Shown here in pieces: positions 1-7,110 of a stretch of 13,924 bases of DNA (position 1 is the first letter of the stretch; each line of letters begins with the position of its first letter). The position numbers were made by a program, and so were the translations under genes. Source of the DNA: a bacterium (GTDB taxonomy: Bacteria > Zhuqueibacterota > Zhuqueibacteria > Zhuqueibacterales > Zhuqueibacteraceae); NCBI GenBank assembly GCA_044869275.1, contig JBIOXB010000247.1, positions 1 to 13,924 on the forward strand. Reading direction: 5' to 3'. The notes beneath the pieces were generated by a model. It was not told the origin of the DNA. It saw only the letters and a program-made list of their open reading frames with translations, and searched no databases.

Positions 1-1
1 A

Positions 2-235
2 TTTGATGCCCAAGCGCCCAAAAAACCGGCAAATCTTAGCATCAACAGTGACTTGCTGGCCAAGGCGCGCGAATTAAATATCAATCTTTCCGCGACGTTA
101 GAGAAGGCGCTTGCCGAGCAGCTCAAACTAAAACAACGCGAGCTGTGGCGCAAACAGAACGCCAAAGCGATACAAGCCTATAACCGTTTTGTCGAAACGC
201 ACGGCGTATTCAGCGACGAGCTGCGGAGCTTTTGA
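2..235 (+). CDS. ccdA: CcdA-family type II antitoxin (5' end outside window)
   Basis: The frame is open from base 2: FDAQAPKKPANLSINSDLLAKARELNINLSATLEKALAEQLKLKQRELWRKQNAKAIQAYNRFVETHGVFSDELRSF. It has the CcdA hallmarks KK-x-N-L-S-I (RHH strand), 'INLS', W-x3-N and the C-terminal G-x-F-S-D-E-x-R-x-F. Its stop overlaps the ccdB start (TGATG, 233-237). Confidence 0.93.
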   Translation, partial: FDAQAPKKPANLSINSDLLAKARELNINLSATLEKALAEQLKLKQRELWRKQNAKAIQAYNRFVETHGVFSDELRSF

Positions 236-552
236 TGAGCCAGTTTGCCGTCCACGCGAACAAGAACGCCAAGACCAGAAAAACATTCCCGTTCCTCATT
301 GATATTCAATCAGATCTTTTGGAGGGGCTGCAAACGACTGTAGTTATTCCCCTATGCAAAGCCTCGCAATTGCACGATCAGATTATCGCTAAGCTTTGCC
401 CCCTGGTTGAAATCAACGGAGAAAAATTCATTACGATGAGCCAACAGCTAGCCGGTATTGATAGGAGCCAATTGGGCAAAGAAATAACCAACCTTGCTGA
501 AAAGCGCTCTCTGTTTATTGCGGCTATCGATTTCATGATCTCCGGCATTTGA
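235..552 (+). CDS. ccdB: CcdB-family toxin (gyrase poison family), 105 aa
   Basis: MSQFAVHANKN...FPFLIDIQSDLLEGLQTTVVIPL...LCPLVEINGEKF...AAIDFMISGI matches the CcdB pattern (QF-V-N, DxQSDLL, VVIPL, AID...GI). The ATG at 235 is translationally coupled to the ccdA stop. Confidence 0.93.
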   Translation: MSQFAVHANKNAKTRKTFPFLIDIQSDLLEGLQTTVVIPLCKASQLHDQIIAKLCPLVEINGEKFITMSQQLAGIDRSQLGKEITNLAEKRSLFIAAIDFMISGI

Positions 553-566
553 CCGGGATAAAGAAC

Positions 567-630
567 GGCGACGGGGGAATCGGAGAGCCGCCGACTCTCA
601 AGTTCCCTGATTCACCACTCCTCCCTGTCC
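567..630. repeat. Degenerate inverted array of 8-nt units after ccdB
   Basis: The left side has GGCGACGG GGGAATCG GAGAGCCG (567-590). The right side has CCGACTCT CAAGTTCC CTGATTCA CCACTCCT (591-622), a CCGATTCC-like consensus complementary to GGAATCGG. It lies between convergent genes and is imperfect. Confidence 0.35.
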
Positions 631-790
631 ACCCCGCGCTCGGCATCCCTCCGATACTCCGACGGCGCACAATCGAACTGATTCTTGAAACTCCGCGCAA
701 AATGCCTTGATCACTGAACCTGGTTTGGTAAGCGATTTCCGCCGCAGAGCCGGCGTTTTGTTTGAGTAAATCCGCGGCGCGCTGCAGAAA
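612..790 (-). pseudogene. Truncated, frameshifted C-terminal AraC-type helix-turn-helix remnant
   Basis: The minus strand reads FLQRAADLLKQNAGSAAEIAYQTRFSDQ. After a 1-nt frameshift at about 705 (caa g gcat ttt) it continues HFARSFKNQFDCAPSEYRRDAERGVDREEW*, with the stop at 614-612. Joined, this is the AraC second-HTH signature (A..LL.....v.EIAY.vGFsd..hF.R.FK..fG..PseYR). No start or upstream domain is present. Confidence 0.85.
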
Positions 791-798
791 TTTGCCGA

Positions 799-2769
799 TC
801 AAGGCGTTGTGACCAGCGGCAGCTCGATAAAGCTCGCCTGATTGGGCGCATGGTAAATTCGCTGCACGGCCTTTTGGTAGTCTTCAGGTTTGGCCCAGAA
901 GATATTGGGTACGAATTTCTGCGGATTGCGATCGTAAAGTGGAAACCAGCTCGATTGCACCTGCACCATCAGGCGGTGGCCAGGCAGAAACACATGGTTC
1001 GCCGTGGGCAGTGTGAAACGATAAGGCAGAGGCTTGTCGGGCGCAATTGCTTTCGCAGTCTCCAGGCTCTCGCGATAGCGGCCGCGGAAAATATCGGCTG
1101 AGATCATCCACTGATAGCCGCCCATGGCGGGTTGTGCCGACACTTCATCGGGATACACATCGATCAACTTGACCACCCAGTCGGCGTCGGTACCGCTGGT
1201 CGAGGCCACCAGGTTTACGATGGGCTGCCCGCTGATTTTTACCGGTGCCGTCAGCACTTCGGACGCGAACACCAACACATCGGGACGGCCGGAAGCCTCG
1301 CGTTGATCATCCACCAGCCATTGCGGCCAGGTCAGCCCTTGGTCGTAATAACCGATCTGCTGAATGGGCCGCGCGCGGAAGGGCACGGGTTTGGCCGGAT
1401 CGGAGAGGTACTCGTCAAACGCTGCTGCGTTGGACTTTGGTGGGTCGAAGCCGAGTTTCAGCCCGGCGGAGAGATACAGCGGCGTGGGTCGAACCGTGCA
1501 GCCGCTCGCGCAGCCGGCCGGCCACGCCGGCAGGCGACGCCAGGTGTTCGTTCCGGTCTCGTATGTCGAGACCGGCGCGATATCGGCCTTGGGCGCGGCG
1601 TCCTTGAGCCATTGCGCCAGAAACGGCCGCAGGATTTCTTGCCGGAAGTACAGCGCAGTGTTGCTGTTGAACCTCAGCGCACCCAAAGCGCTACCGTCGT
1701 CGATGGCCTGGCCGTGATACCACGGGCCCATGACCAAAAATACCTTGTCGTTTCCCGTGTCCTTCGGCTCGATGGCCTGGTAGACGGCGAGGGCGCCATA
1801 GATATCCTCCTGGTCCCACAGACTGTGCACCACCATCACCGGGACTTTCAGAGGTTGTGCTGCGAGCAACTGGTCCACTGCCTGATCACGCCAGAAAGCA
1901 TCATAGCTCGGATGTGCGAGAATCTTCCGCCAAAAGCCAATCTGCTCCATTCCACGGCGTCGCCCGAGCTCGCCGGCCGATCCGGCCGCCATGTACGTTT
2001 CGTAATCGTCGAATTGGCTCGTCCACCATTTAATCTCGGAAGCGCGCGCCGCCTCTTGCTGGTACACGTAAGGCATGTTCTGTTGGCGAAAAGCGCCGTT
2101 GTGAAACCAATCGTCGCCGCGCCAGCCGTCGACCATGGGATTCATCGGCACGGCCGCTTTGAGCGCTGGGTGCGGATCTACGAGCGCCATTAATGCCAGG
2201 AAGCCGTCATAGGAAATACCGATGATGCCCACCTTGCCGTTACTTTCAGGAAGATTTTTCACCAGCCAGTCGATGGTGTCGTAGGTGTCGGTGGCATGAT
2301 CGACCGGAGTGGGATTCTGCGGCCCGCGCAGCGGGCGATTCATGATGTAATCGCCTTCGGAGCCATACTTGCCGCGGATATCCTGCACCACACGAATATA
2401 GCCCTCCTCCACGATCACCTCGGTGGCGTTATCGTATCCCTGCAGGATGCGGCCCAGGTGCGCGCTGGCGTTGTGGCTGGTGAGTGCCGAGGCATCGTAC
2501 GGCGTGCGGGTGAGCAGGATGGGCGCCCCTTTGACGCCCTTGGGCACGATAATGACCGTATGCAGCTTGACACCATCGCGCATGGGAATCATCACCTCGC
2601 GCTTGTCATAGTTGAACTCCCCCGTCACCTCTTCGAACTTCGCGGGTGTTTCGCTCGGCAAGGCCGGGTATGTGCCCTGCTCAGCGGGAATCTGCGCCGC
2701 CAAAGGAATGGCGAACAACAGCGCGCAGAGCATGGCGGTGAACAGGGAAGGCAGGTGAATGCTTCTCAT
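799..2769 (-). CDS. CocE/NonD family serine hydrolase (peptidase S15), alpha-amino acid ester hydrolase / glutaryl-7-ACA acylase-like, secreted
   Basis: The likely start is ATG 2769 (MRSIHLPSLFTAMLCALLFAIPLAAQ, a Sec signal), preceded by AAGG. Motifs: IPMRDGVKLHT, RTPY, QDIRGKYGSEG, nucleophile GISYDG, DGWRGDDWFHNG, WDQED (Asp), GPWYHG (His), and a C-terminal jelly-roll ending SSWFPLYDRNP. The longer start at 2886 runs through a repeat element. Confidence 0.93.
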   Translation of the reverse strand: MRSIHLPSLFTAMLCALLFAIPLAAQIPAEQGTYPALPSETPAKFEEVTGEFNYDKREVMIPMRDGVKLHTVIIVPKGVKGAPILLTRTPYDASALTSHNASAHLGRILQGYDNATEVIVEEGYIRVVQDIRGKYGSEGDYIMNRPLRGPQNPTPVDHATDTYDTIDWLVKNLPESNGKVGIIGISYDGFLALMALVDPHPALKAAVPMNPMVDGWRGDDWFHNGAFRQQNMPYVYQQEAARASEIKWWTSQFDDYETYMAAGSAGELGRRRGMEQIGFWRKILAHPSYDAFWRDQAVDQLLAAQPLKVPVMVVHSLWDQEDIYGALAVYQAIEPKDTGNDKVFLVMGPWYHGQAIDDGSALGALRFNSNTALYFRQEILRPFLAQWLKDAAPKADIAPVSTYETGTNTWRRLPAWPAGCASGCTVRPTPLYLSAGLKLGFDPPKSNAAAFDEYLSDPAKPVPFRARPIQQIGYYDQGLTWPQWLVDDQREASGRPDVLVFASEVLTAPVKISGQPIVNLVASTSGTDADWVVKLIDVYPDEVSAQPAMGGYQWMISADIFRGRYRESLETAKAIAPDKPLPYRFTLPTANHVFLPGHRLMVQVQSSWFPLYDRNPQKFVPNIFWAKPEDYQKAVQRIYHAPNQASFIELPLVTTP

Positions 2770-2871
2770 TGCCTTGTTAATTTTTGGTCTTGCAATTGGC
2801 ATAAGCATCATGCTCTCCACATTTTGGTAGAAAAGCGAAGTTTTGCAGTTTTTTGTATCCCCGAGTGGCAC

Positions 2872-3088
2872 AAAGAAAAGGCCCACGCAGAGATTGCGCA
2901 GAGATTACGCAAAGGCGGGAAATAAATTGCTACGCGGCTCTCTCATCCTCATGGGTTGTGAGTACAATCCAATAGGACGGGGAGTGCCGGGAGCTTCAGC
3001 TAATTATAATGACCCAATCAACAATTGGAACAGTCTCTGCGAATCTCTGCGTGAGTCCTTTTTTCTTGGTTGCCGCTGCGCTGCGTAG
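2872..3088 (+). repeat. Composite palindromic element copy 1 (CGCAGAG-unit inverted arrays + GGTT mini-hairpin)
   Basis: CACGCAGAGATTGCGCAGAGA (2884-2904) pairs with TCTCTGCGAATCTCTGCGTG (3034-3053), with one indel. CGCA(G/A)AG units occur at 2886, 2897 and 2908. It is followed by TTGGTT-GCCGC-TGC-GCTGC-G (3066-3085). Confidence 0.75.
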
Positions 3089-3127
3089 TGGCCTCATATT
3101 GAAAAATAACTAAAAGCAGGCCGGTAT

Positions 3128-5281
3128 TCAAGTCATCGCGTTTTTAATGCGCACGGGCGTCATCGGAAGCTGGAACAAGCGCGCCCCGGTCGCATCAAAG
3201 ATTGCGTTGGCAATCACGGCACCCATGCAAATGATCGCCGGCTCACCGCCGCCCTGAGGATCGGGATCCTTCGAATCGACCAGCACAGTTTCGATTTTGG
3301 GCAGCCAGGAAAAACGCGGGAGTTGATAGGTGTCGAAATTCAAATCGGAAATCTTGCCGCCTTGGAAGTGCAGCTCTTCGGTCAGCGCATAACCCAATCC
3401 CATGGTGACACAGCCCTCCATTTGGATTTTGGCGCCTTCAGGATTGATCACCAGGCCCATATCCTGCGCTGCGACCACCCGCTTGACCTGCACTGCTCCG
3501 GTGCTCTTATCGACTTCAACTTCGGCCATGACGGCAACGTGGGCGCCCGCGTCGAAGCCACACGCGAGGCCTACGCCTCGACCACTGGGCAACTTGCCTG
3601 GTTTCCAACCGAATTTCTCCGCAGCCGCTTTGAGAACGCCGTGCAACTTCTCGTTCTTCAAGTTTTGCAAACGAAACGCCAACGGATCGACCCCAGCCTT
3701 CGCCGCCATCAGGTCAATCTGCGATTCCCGCGCAAACGTGTTGGTGTTGTTCGCCGGTGCGCGCCAGGGTCCAGTTGCAAAAGGATGCGCGCCGGCTACA
3801 CCGCGCCGACCCGAAGCATATACAGTCGTACTGTGATGGGGGACGTCATAGAACTGTTGCGCGCCCCGTTCCCCGGCGTAATAAACGTGATAATCCCAAA
3901 ACGCAATGCCGCCGGAGCTCGAAAGCCCCGAGTTTATTTTCACAATCGCTGCCGGCCGGAACGAATCGTAGAAAAACTCTTCCGCGCGCGTCCAGGCCAC
4001 TTGCACCGGCTTGCCGGACAATTTGGCCAGGCGCGCGGCTTCGATAACTTGCTGGTTGCGCGATTTTCCACCGAAGCCGCCGCCGACATACGGCGTGATG
4101 ACGCGCACTTTTTCTGCGGAAAGGCCAAGCGCTTGGGCAATCTCGTCCTTGGCACCGAACGGCGACTGCGTCGAAGCCCAAACAGTAATCTTGTCCCCTT
4201 CCATTTTTGCGGTGGCGGTGTGCGGTTCCATCGGCGCGTGAGCGACGTAGCTGTTCAGGTATGTGGCCTCAAATGTCGCAGCAGCGCTTTTTTGCCCGGC
4301 TGCGAGATTGCCGCCTTCAGCCACAATCTGCCCCTCAGGCGCCAAACTGAGCAAATGATCGAAAATGCTTTTATCATCGACCTTCGCTGCCGGCGTGTCG
4401 AATTCAGCCTTGATTTTCTTCAGAGCATTCTCCGCCACGTCGGGAAATTTGTGCAGCACGGCAACCAACTCTCCCTCGCGGATGATTTGCACACCCGCGA
4501 TCTGTTGCGCCGGTGTCGTGTCCGCGCTGATCAATTTCGCGCCGTGCGCCGGCGGTCGCAGAATTCGCGCATACAGCAAATCGGGAAATTGGATATCTCC
4601 GCTGTACTTCGCCTTGCCTGTCACTTTTTCCAACGCATCTCGTCGCGTCACGGGCTTGCCGATAATTTTGAAGTCGGCAGCGCTCTTGGCGATGGCTTTT
4701 TGCGCCAATTGTCGGGCGATTTTCTGGCCTTTGGCCAGTTGCGCATAGGTGACGCGATTGCTGGGTTTGGCCTGCTCCAACACCGCACCGTCTTTAGCAA
4801 TCAAGCGATCCGCGGGGATTTTAAGATGCTCCGAGGCAAGATCAATGAGCACCGCTTTTGCCTCGGCGCCTGCAGCGCGCAGCGCCGGGCCGAAGAAGCG
4901 AGTGGACTGTGAGCCCCACGTGCCGCGATCCCACGGGCAAAGGTCGGTATCGCCCATGACCATATCGATGACGTCCAGGGAAATCTCGAGCTCATCCGCA
5001 AGCTCCTGCGCCAGGGAAGTCACAATGCCCTGTCCCATCTCAATTTTGCCGGTGAAGCACGAAACGCGGCCATCTTCACCGATACGCAGATAGGCATTGA
5101 AGTCCGTGGGATACTCTCGTTGCATGCGCTCCTGCGCTTCGGAGGAGGAGAACAAGGCACCTGGTGTGGCCCACAGGACAATGATGCCGCCACCCAGTCG
5201 TCTGAGAAAATCGCGGCGGCTGAGCGAATATTGGGCGGCGATCTCCTCAAATTCAGGATCGAAGTATTCATGCTGTTTCAT
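3128..5281 (-). CDS. Xanthine dehydrogenase-family molybdopterin-binding subunit (isoquinoline 1-oxidoreductase beta / IorB-like), Tat signal
   Basis: The start is ATG 5281, overlapping the upstream stop as ATGA, with an RBS GGGAGGG. Twin-arginine motif SRRDFL plus a hydrophobic stretch and SEA. Motifs: GKIEMGQG, GDTD, KVTGKAKY, HAPMEP, GGGFGGK, GPWRAP, QMEGCVTMGLG, GGGEPA, NAIFDATG. Confidence 0.92.
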   Translation of the reverse strand: MKQHEYFDPEFEEIAAQYSLSRRDFLRRLGGGIIVLWATPGALFSSSEAQERMQREYPTDFNAYLRIGEDGRVSCFTGKIEMGQGIVTSLAQELADELEISLDVIDMVMGDTDLCPWDRGTWGSQSTRFFGPALRAAGAEAKAVLIDLASEHLKIPADRLIAKDGAVLEQAKPSNRVTYAQLAKGQKIARQLAQKAIAKSAADFKIIGKPVTRRDALEKVTGKAKYSGDIQFPDLLYARILRPPAHGAKLISADTTPAQQIAGVQIIREGELVAVLHKFPDVAENALKKIKAEFDTPAAKVDDKSIFDHLLSLAPEGQIVAEGGNLAAGQKSAAATFEATYLNSYVAHAPMEPHTATAKMEGDKITVWASTQSPFGAKDEIAQALGLSAEKVRVITPYVGGGFGGKSRNQQVIEAARLAKLSGKPVQVAWTRAEEFFYDSFRPAAIVKINSGLSSSGGIAFWDYHVYYAGERGAQQFYDVPHHSTTVYASGRRGVAGAHPFATGPWRAPANNTNTFARESQIDLMAAKAGVDPLAFRLQNLKNEKLHGVLKAAAEKFGWKPGKLPSGRGVGLACGFDAGAHVAVMAEVEVDKSTGAVQVKRVVAAQDMGLVINPEGAKIQMEGCVTMGLGYALTEELHFQGGKISDLNFDTYQLPRFSWLPKIETVLVDSKDPDPQGGGEPAIICMGAVIANAIFDATGARLFQLPMTPVRIKNAMT

Positions 5282-5760
5282 TTGTTTATCCCTCCCTGCT
5301 GGGCTTGCGCCGCGCTTGCAATGGCCTGAACAATGCGCTGATGCGCACCGCAACGGCAGAGATTGTCATCCATGCCGGCAATAATTTCTGCGGCATTGGG
5401 GTGGGAATTTTGGAGCAGTAGGCCATAGGCATTGAGAATCATTCCCGGAGTGCAATAACCGCATTGCAGGGCGTCATGTTCCATGAATGCCTGCTGTAAG
5501 GGATGCAGTTTACCCTTTTGTGCCAAGCCTTCAATCGTCATGACTTCTTTTCCAGCCACGTCCTGCATTCCTAGTTGGCAGGATCGTACCGGTTCTTTTC
5601 CGAGCATGACCGTGCAGGCACCGCACAGTCCTTCGCCACAACCGTATTTGGTGCCGGTCAGGCCAAGGTCGGCACGCAACACCCACAGCAGCGTGCGGTT
5701 GCCATCGACCTGCATCCGCGTGGGCTTGCCATTCAGGGTGAATTGAATTGTACCTTCCAT
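5278..5760 (-). CDS. (2Fe-2S)-binding small subunit (IorA/CoxS-like), 160 aa
   Basis: ATG 5760 with GGAGG upstream. It has GTKYGCGEGLCGACTV...SC (first cluster) and QCGYCTPG...NLCRCG (second cluster), and is coupled to the Mo subunit. Confidence 0.95.
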   Translation of the reverse strand: MEGTIQFTLNGKPTRMQVDGNRTLLWVLRADLGLTGTKYGCGEGLCGACTVMLGKEPVRSCQLGMQDVAGKEVMTIEGLAQKGKLHPLQQAFMEHDALQCGYCTPGMILNAYGLLLQNSHPNAAEIIAGMDDNLCRCGAHQRIVQAIASAAQAQQGGINK

Positions 5761-5813
5761 ATCAGCCTCCAATCTTGGTTATCTTGTGACTATTCCGCTC
5801 ACAATAAAAATGT

Positions 5814-5891
5814 AAACGGATGAAGCGGATTGAACGGATAGTGATACTGAAAAACAGTTTTTGAAATCCGCCTTATCCGTTCAATCCGCTT
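5814..5891. repeat. Inverted array of three 9-nt units with a perfect 18-bp core
   Basis: AAACGGATG AAGCGGATT GAACGGATA (5814-5840) faces AATCCGCCT TATCCGTTC AATCCGCTT (5865-5891). Bases 5823-5840 are the exact reverse complement of 5874-5891. Confidence 0.9.
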
Positions 5892-5953
5892 GTAAGAAAT
5901 AGGAGCTGAAATATTGAACACGGGAAACGCTTATAAACAGGCCAAGTTTTTCG

Positions 5954-6052
5954 CCCACGGAAATCGAACTCCCACGGAATGGAACTCAAGAAATACTTCC
6001 GTTCCAATTCCGTTGGCCATCTTTCTCTTGGTTCGAGGCGCAGCTTCGCTGG
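5954..6052 (+). repeat. Composite palindromic element copy 2 (17-nt period + GGTT mini-hairpin)
   Basis: CCCACGGAA...GAACTC repeats at 5954 and 5971 (period 17). The inverted arm is GTTCCAATTCCGTTGG (6001-6016). It is followed by TTGGTT-C-GAGGC-GCA-GCTTC-G (6028-6048). Confidence 0.65.
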
Positions 6053-6066
6053 CAGTTACATTTTTT

Positions 6067-6142
6067 GTGACTATCACTACAACGTTAAGTCAAGCCTAGT
6101 TTTTGGTGCAATAATGTGACTTAACGTTGTAGTAATAGTTAC
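6067..6142. repeat. 76-bp element with 26-bp terminal inverted repeats (MITE / IS-scar-like)
   Basis: GTGACTATCACTACAACGTTAAGTCA (6067-6092) and TGACTTAACGTTGTAGTAATAGTTAC (6117-6142) are complementary at 24 of 26 positions, with a 24-nt spacer. Confidence 0.85.
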
Positions 6143-6173
6143 CATTTTTTTGAATCACCCGGGTTTTGTATGC

Positions 6174-6971
6174 TCAGAAAAACTCGTATAGATTCAGAAA
6201 GTATTTTATCTCTTCCTCTGAAATCCGTTCTCCGCCATATCCTGTGTAAAAAGCCCGGACCTCCTCTGAAGTTAATTGAATTTCCGAATCTCCAGCCAAA
6301 GCAAGAGCGATATCATACCGAGGATCACCGTATCCTCCGCCCGGCCAGTCGATTATTCCGGCGAGCCTGTTATTGTTCATGAGAACATTATCGAGGTTAA
6401 AGTCGCCATGAATAAAAGTCGCCTCTACTTTTGGGAGATCATTGCGTCCTAGTTGCTTTAACAAGCCGGGATTCCCATCGGGAGCAAAGTAGTGAAGATT
6501 ATGCTCAGCTAATCTGAGCATATAATCCAGCCACTGCCCTGCACTACGCCGTTTTAGTCCGGGAACGTTTCTTTGGGAATGGACGATTCTAAGTGCTGCA
6601 CCAAATTCAGCTAGAAGCGAGAGCCTTGCGTTGATGGAAACCTTCTGAAATATGTCGCTTACTGTGAATCCCTCTATAGGATTCATTACCAGCCAGGCTT
6701 CAGGGAGAGTCGTTACGGCTGGCCTGTAGAAATGGATTGATTGGGGGACAGGAAGTGAAGTAGAAGCAAGCGACTGAAGCACACGGTTCTCTCTCTCAAG
6801 CCACTGCGTAAACTGCGTTCCCCGCGATCGTTTAATTACAAATTTTCCCTTGGGAGTCCTGATGTAAGCAAGATCAGCCGTACATCCACCATCTATTGGT
6901 TGCAATTCCTCAATCTCACCAAGGCGGCGTAGCATTTCTTGAGGGATTTCTGTGATTTGCATAAGAGCCAT
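6174..6971 (-). CDS. Aminoglycoside phosphotransferase (APH) family kinase, 265 aa
   Basis: Motifs: VIK (ATP-binding Lys), LERE (Glu), LPVP, WLVMNPIEG hinge, Brenner motif HGDFNLDNVL, GIIDW, GDPRYDIALA. The C-terminal YFLNLYEFF resembles the APH(3') terminus, and the length is typical of APH(3'). Substrate not established. Confidence 0.88.
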   Translation of the reverse strand: MALMQITEIPQEMLRRLGEIEELQPIDGGCTADLAYIRTPKGKFVIKRSRGTQFTQWLERENRVLQSLASTSLPVPQSIHFYRPAVTTLPEAWLVMNPIEGFTVSDIFQKVSINARLSLLAEFGAALRIVHSQRNVPGLKRRSAGQWLDYMLRLAEHNLHYFAPDGNPGLLKQLGRNDLPKVEATFIHGDFNLDNVLMNNNRLAGIIDWPGGGYGDPRYDIALALAGDSEIQLTSEEVRAFYTGYGGERISEEEIKYFLNLYEFF

Positions 6972-7014
6972 GTGCAGCCTTCAGCCCTTCGGCGTTTATG
7001 GCAGTCCTGCGATG

Positions 7015-7042
7015 AAAATACTACGCTGATCTCAAAATGCAA
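7015..7042 (-). promoter_or_regulatory. Putative sigma70-type promoter for the APH gene
   Basis: Minus strand TTGCAT (7042-7037) - 16 nt - TATTTT (7020-7015), 43 nt upstream of the ATG and just downstream of the protease terminator. Confidence 0.45.
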
Positions 7043-7053
7043 GGGGTTTCTCA

Positions 7054-7094
7054 AAAACAAAAGGGCGATGGTTTTGGGTCACCATCGCCCTTTT
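7054..7094 (-). terminator. Rho-independent terminator of the M4 protease gene (possibly bidirectional)
   Basis: A perfect 14-bp inverted repeat, AAAAGGGCGATGGT (7059-7072) / ACCATCGCCCTTTT (7081-7094), with an 8-nt loop. The minus strand continues TTTTGTTTTT. Confidence 0.85.
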
Positions 7095-7110
7095 CGAAAA
7101 AGTGATGAGA

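Noticed and set aside
2850..2876. Hairpin TTTGTATCCCCGAGTGGCACAAAG upstream of the hydrolase
   Set aside because: Only the outer 5 bp pair cleanly, which is too weak to call.
2770..2886. 39-codon N-terminal extension of the hydrolase, and ORF 2843-3088
   Set aside because: The extension begins within the repeat element, and the signal peptide starts at Met 2769. ORF 2843-3088 is a read-through of the element.
3323..4912. 529-aa + strand ORF, and similar long antisense ORFs (1132-2193, 2296-2925, 7879-8565, 9535-10137, 12276-13022)
   Set aside because: They are shadows on the antisense strand of well-supported GC-rich genes and have no recognisable motifs.
5814..6016. CRISPR array
   Set aside because: The units are 9-17 nt, tandem and inverted, with no unique spacers of constant length and no cas genes.
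6067..6142. Integron attC site (contains GTTAAGT / ACTTAAC)
   Set aside because: The core sites are in the wrong order (GTTRRRY precedes RYYYAAC on both strands), there are no extrahelical bases, and no integrase is in view.
2..6971. Antibiotic-resistance island (ccdAB + beta-lactam acylase-like + APH)
   Set aside because: There is no integrase, transposase or att site. The genes are separated by an unrelated oxidoreductase operon, and neither enzyme's substrate is established, so co-location may be chance.
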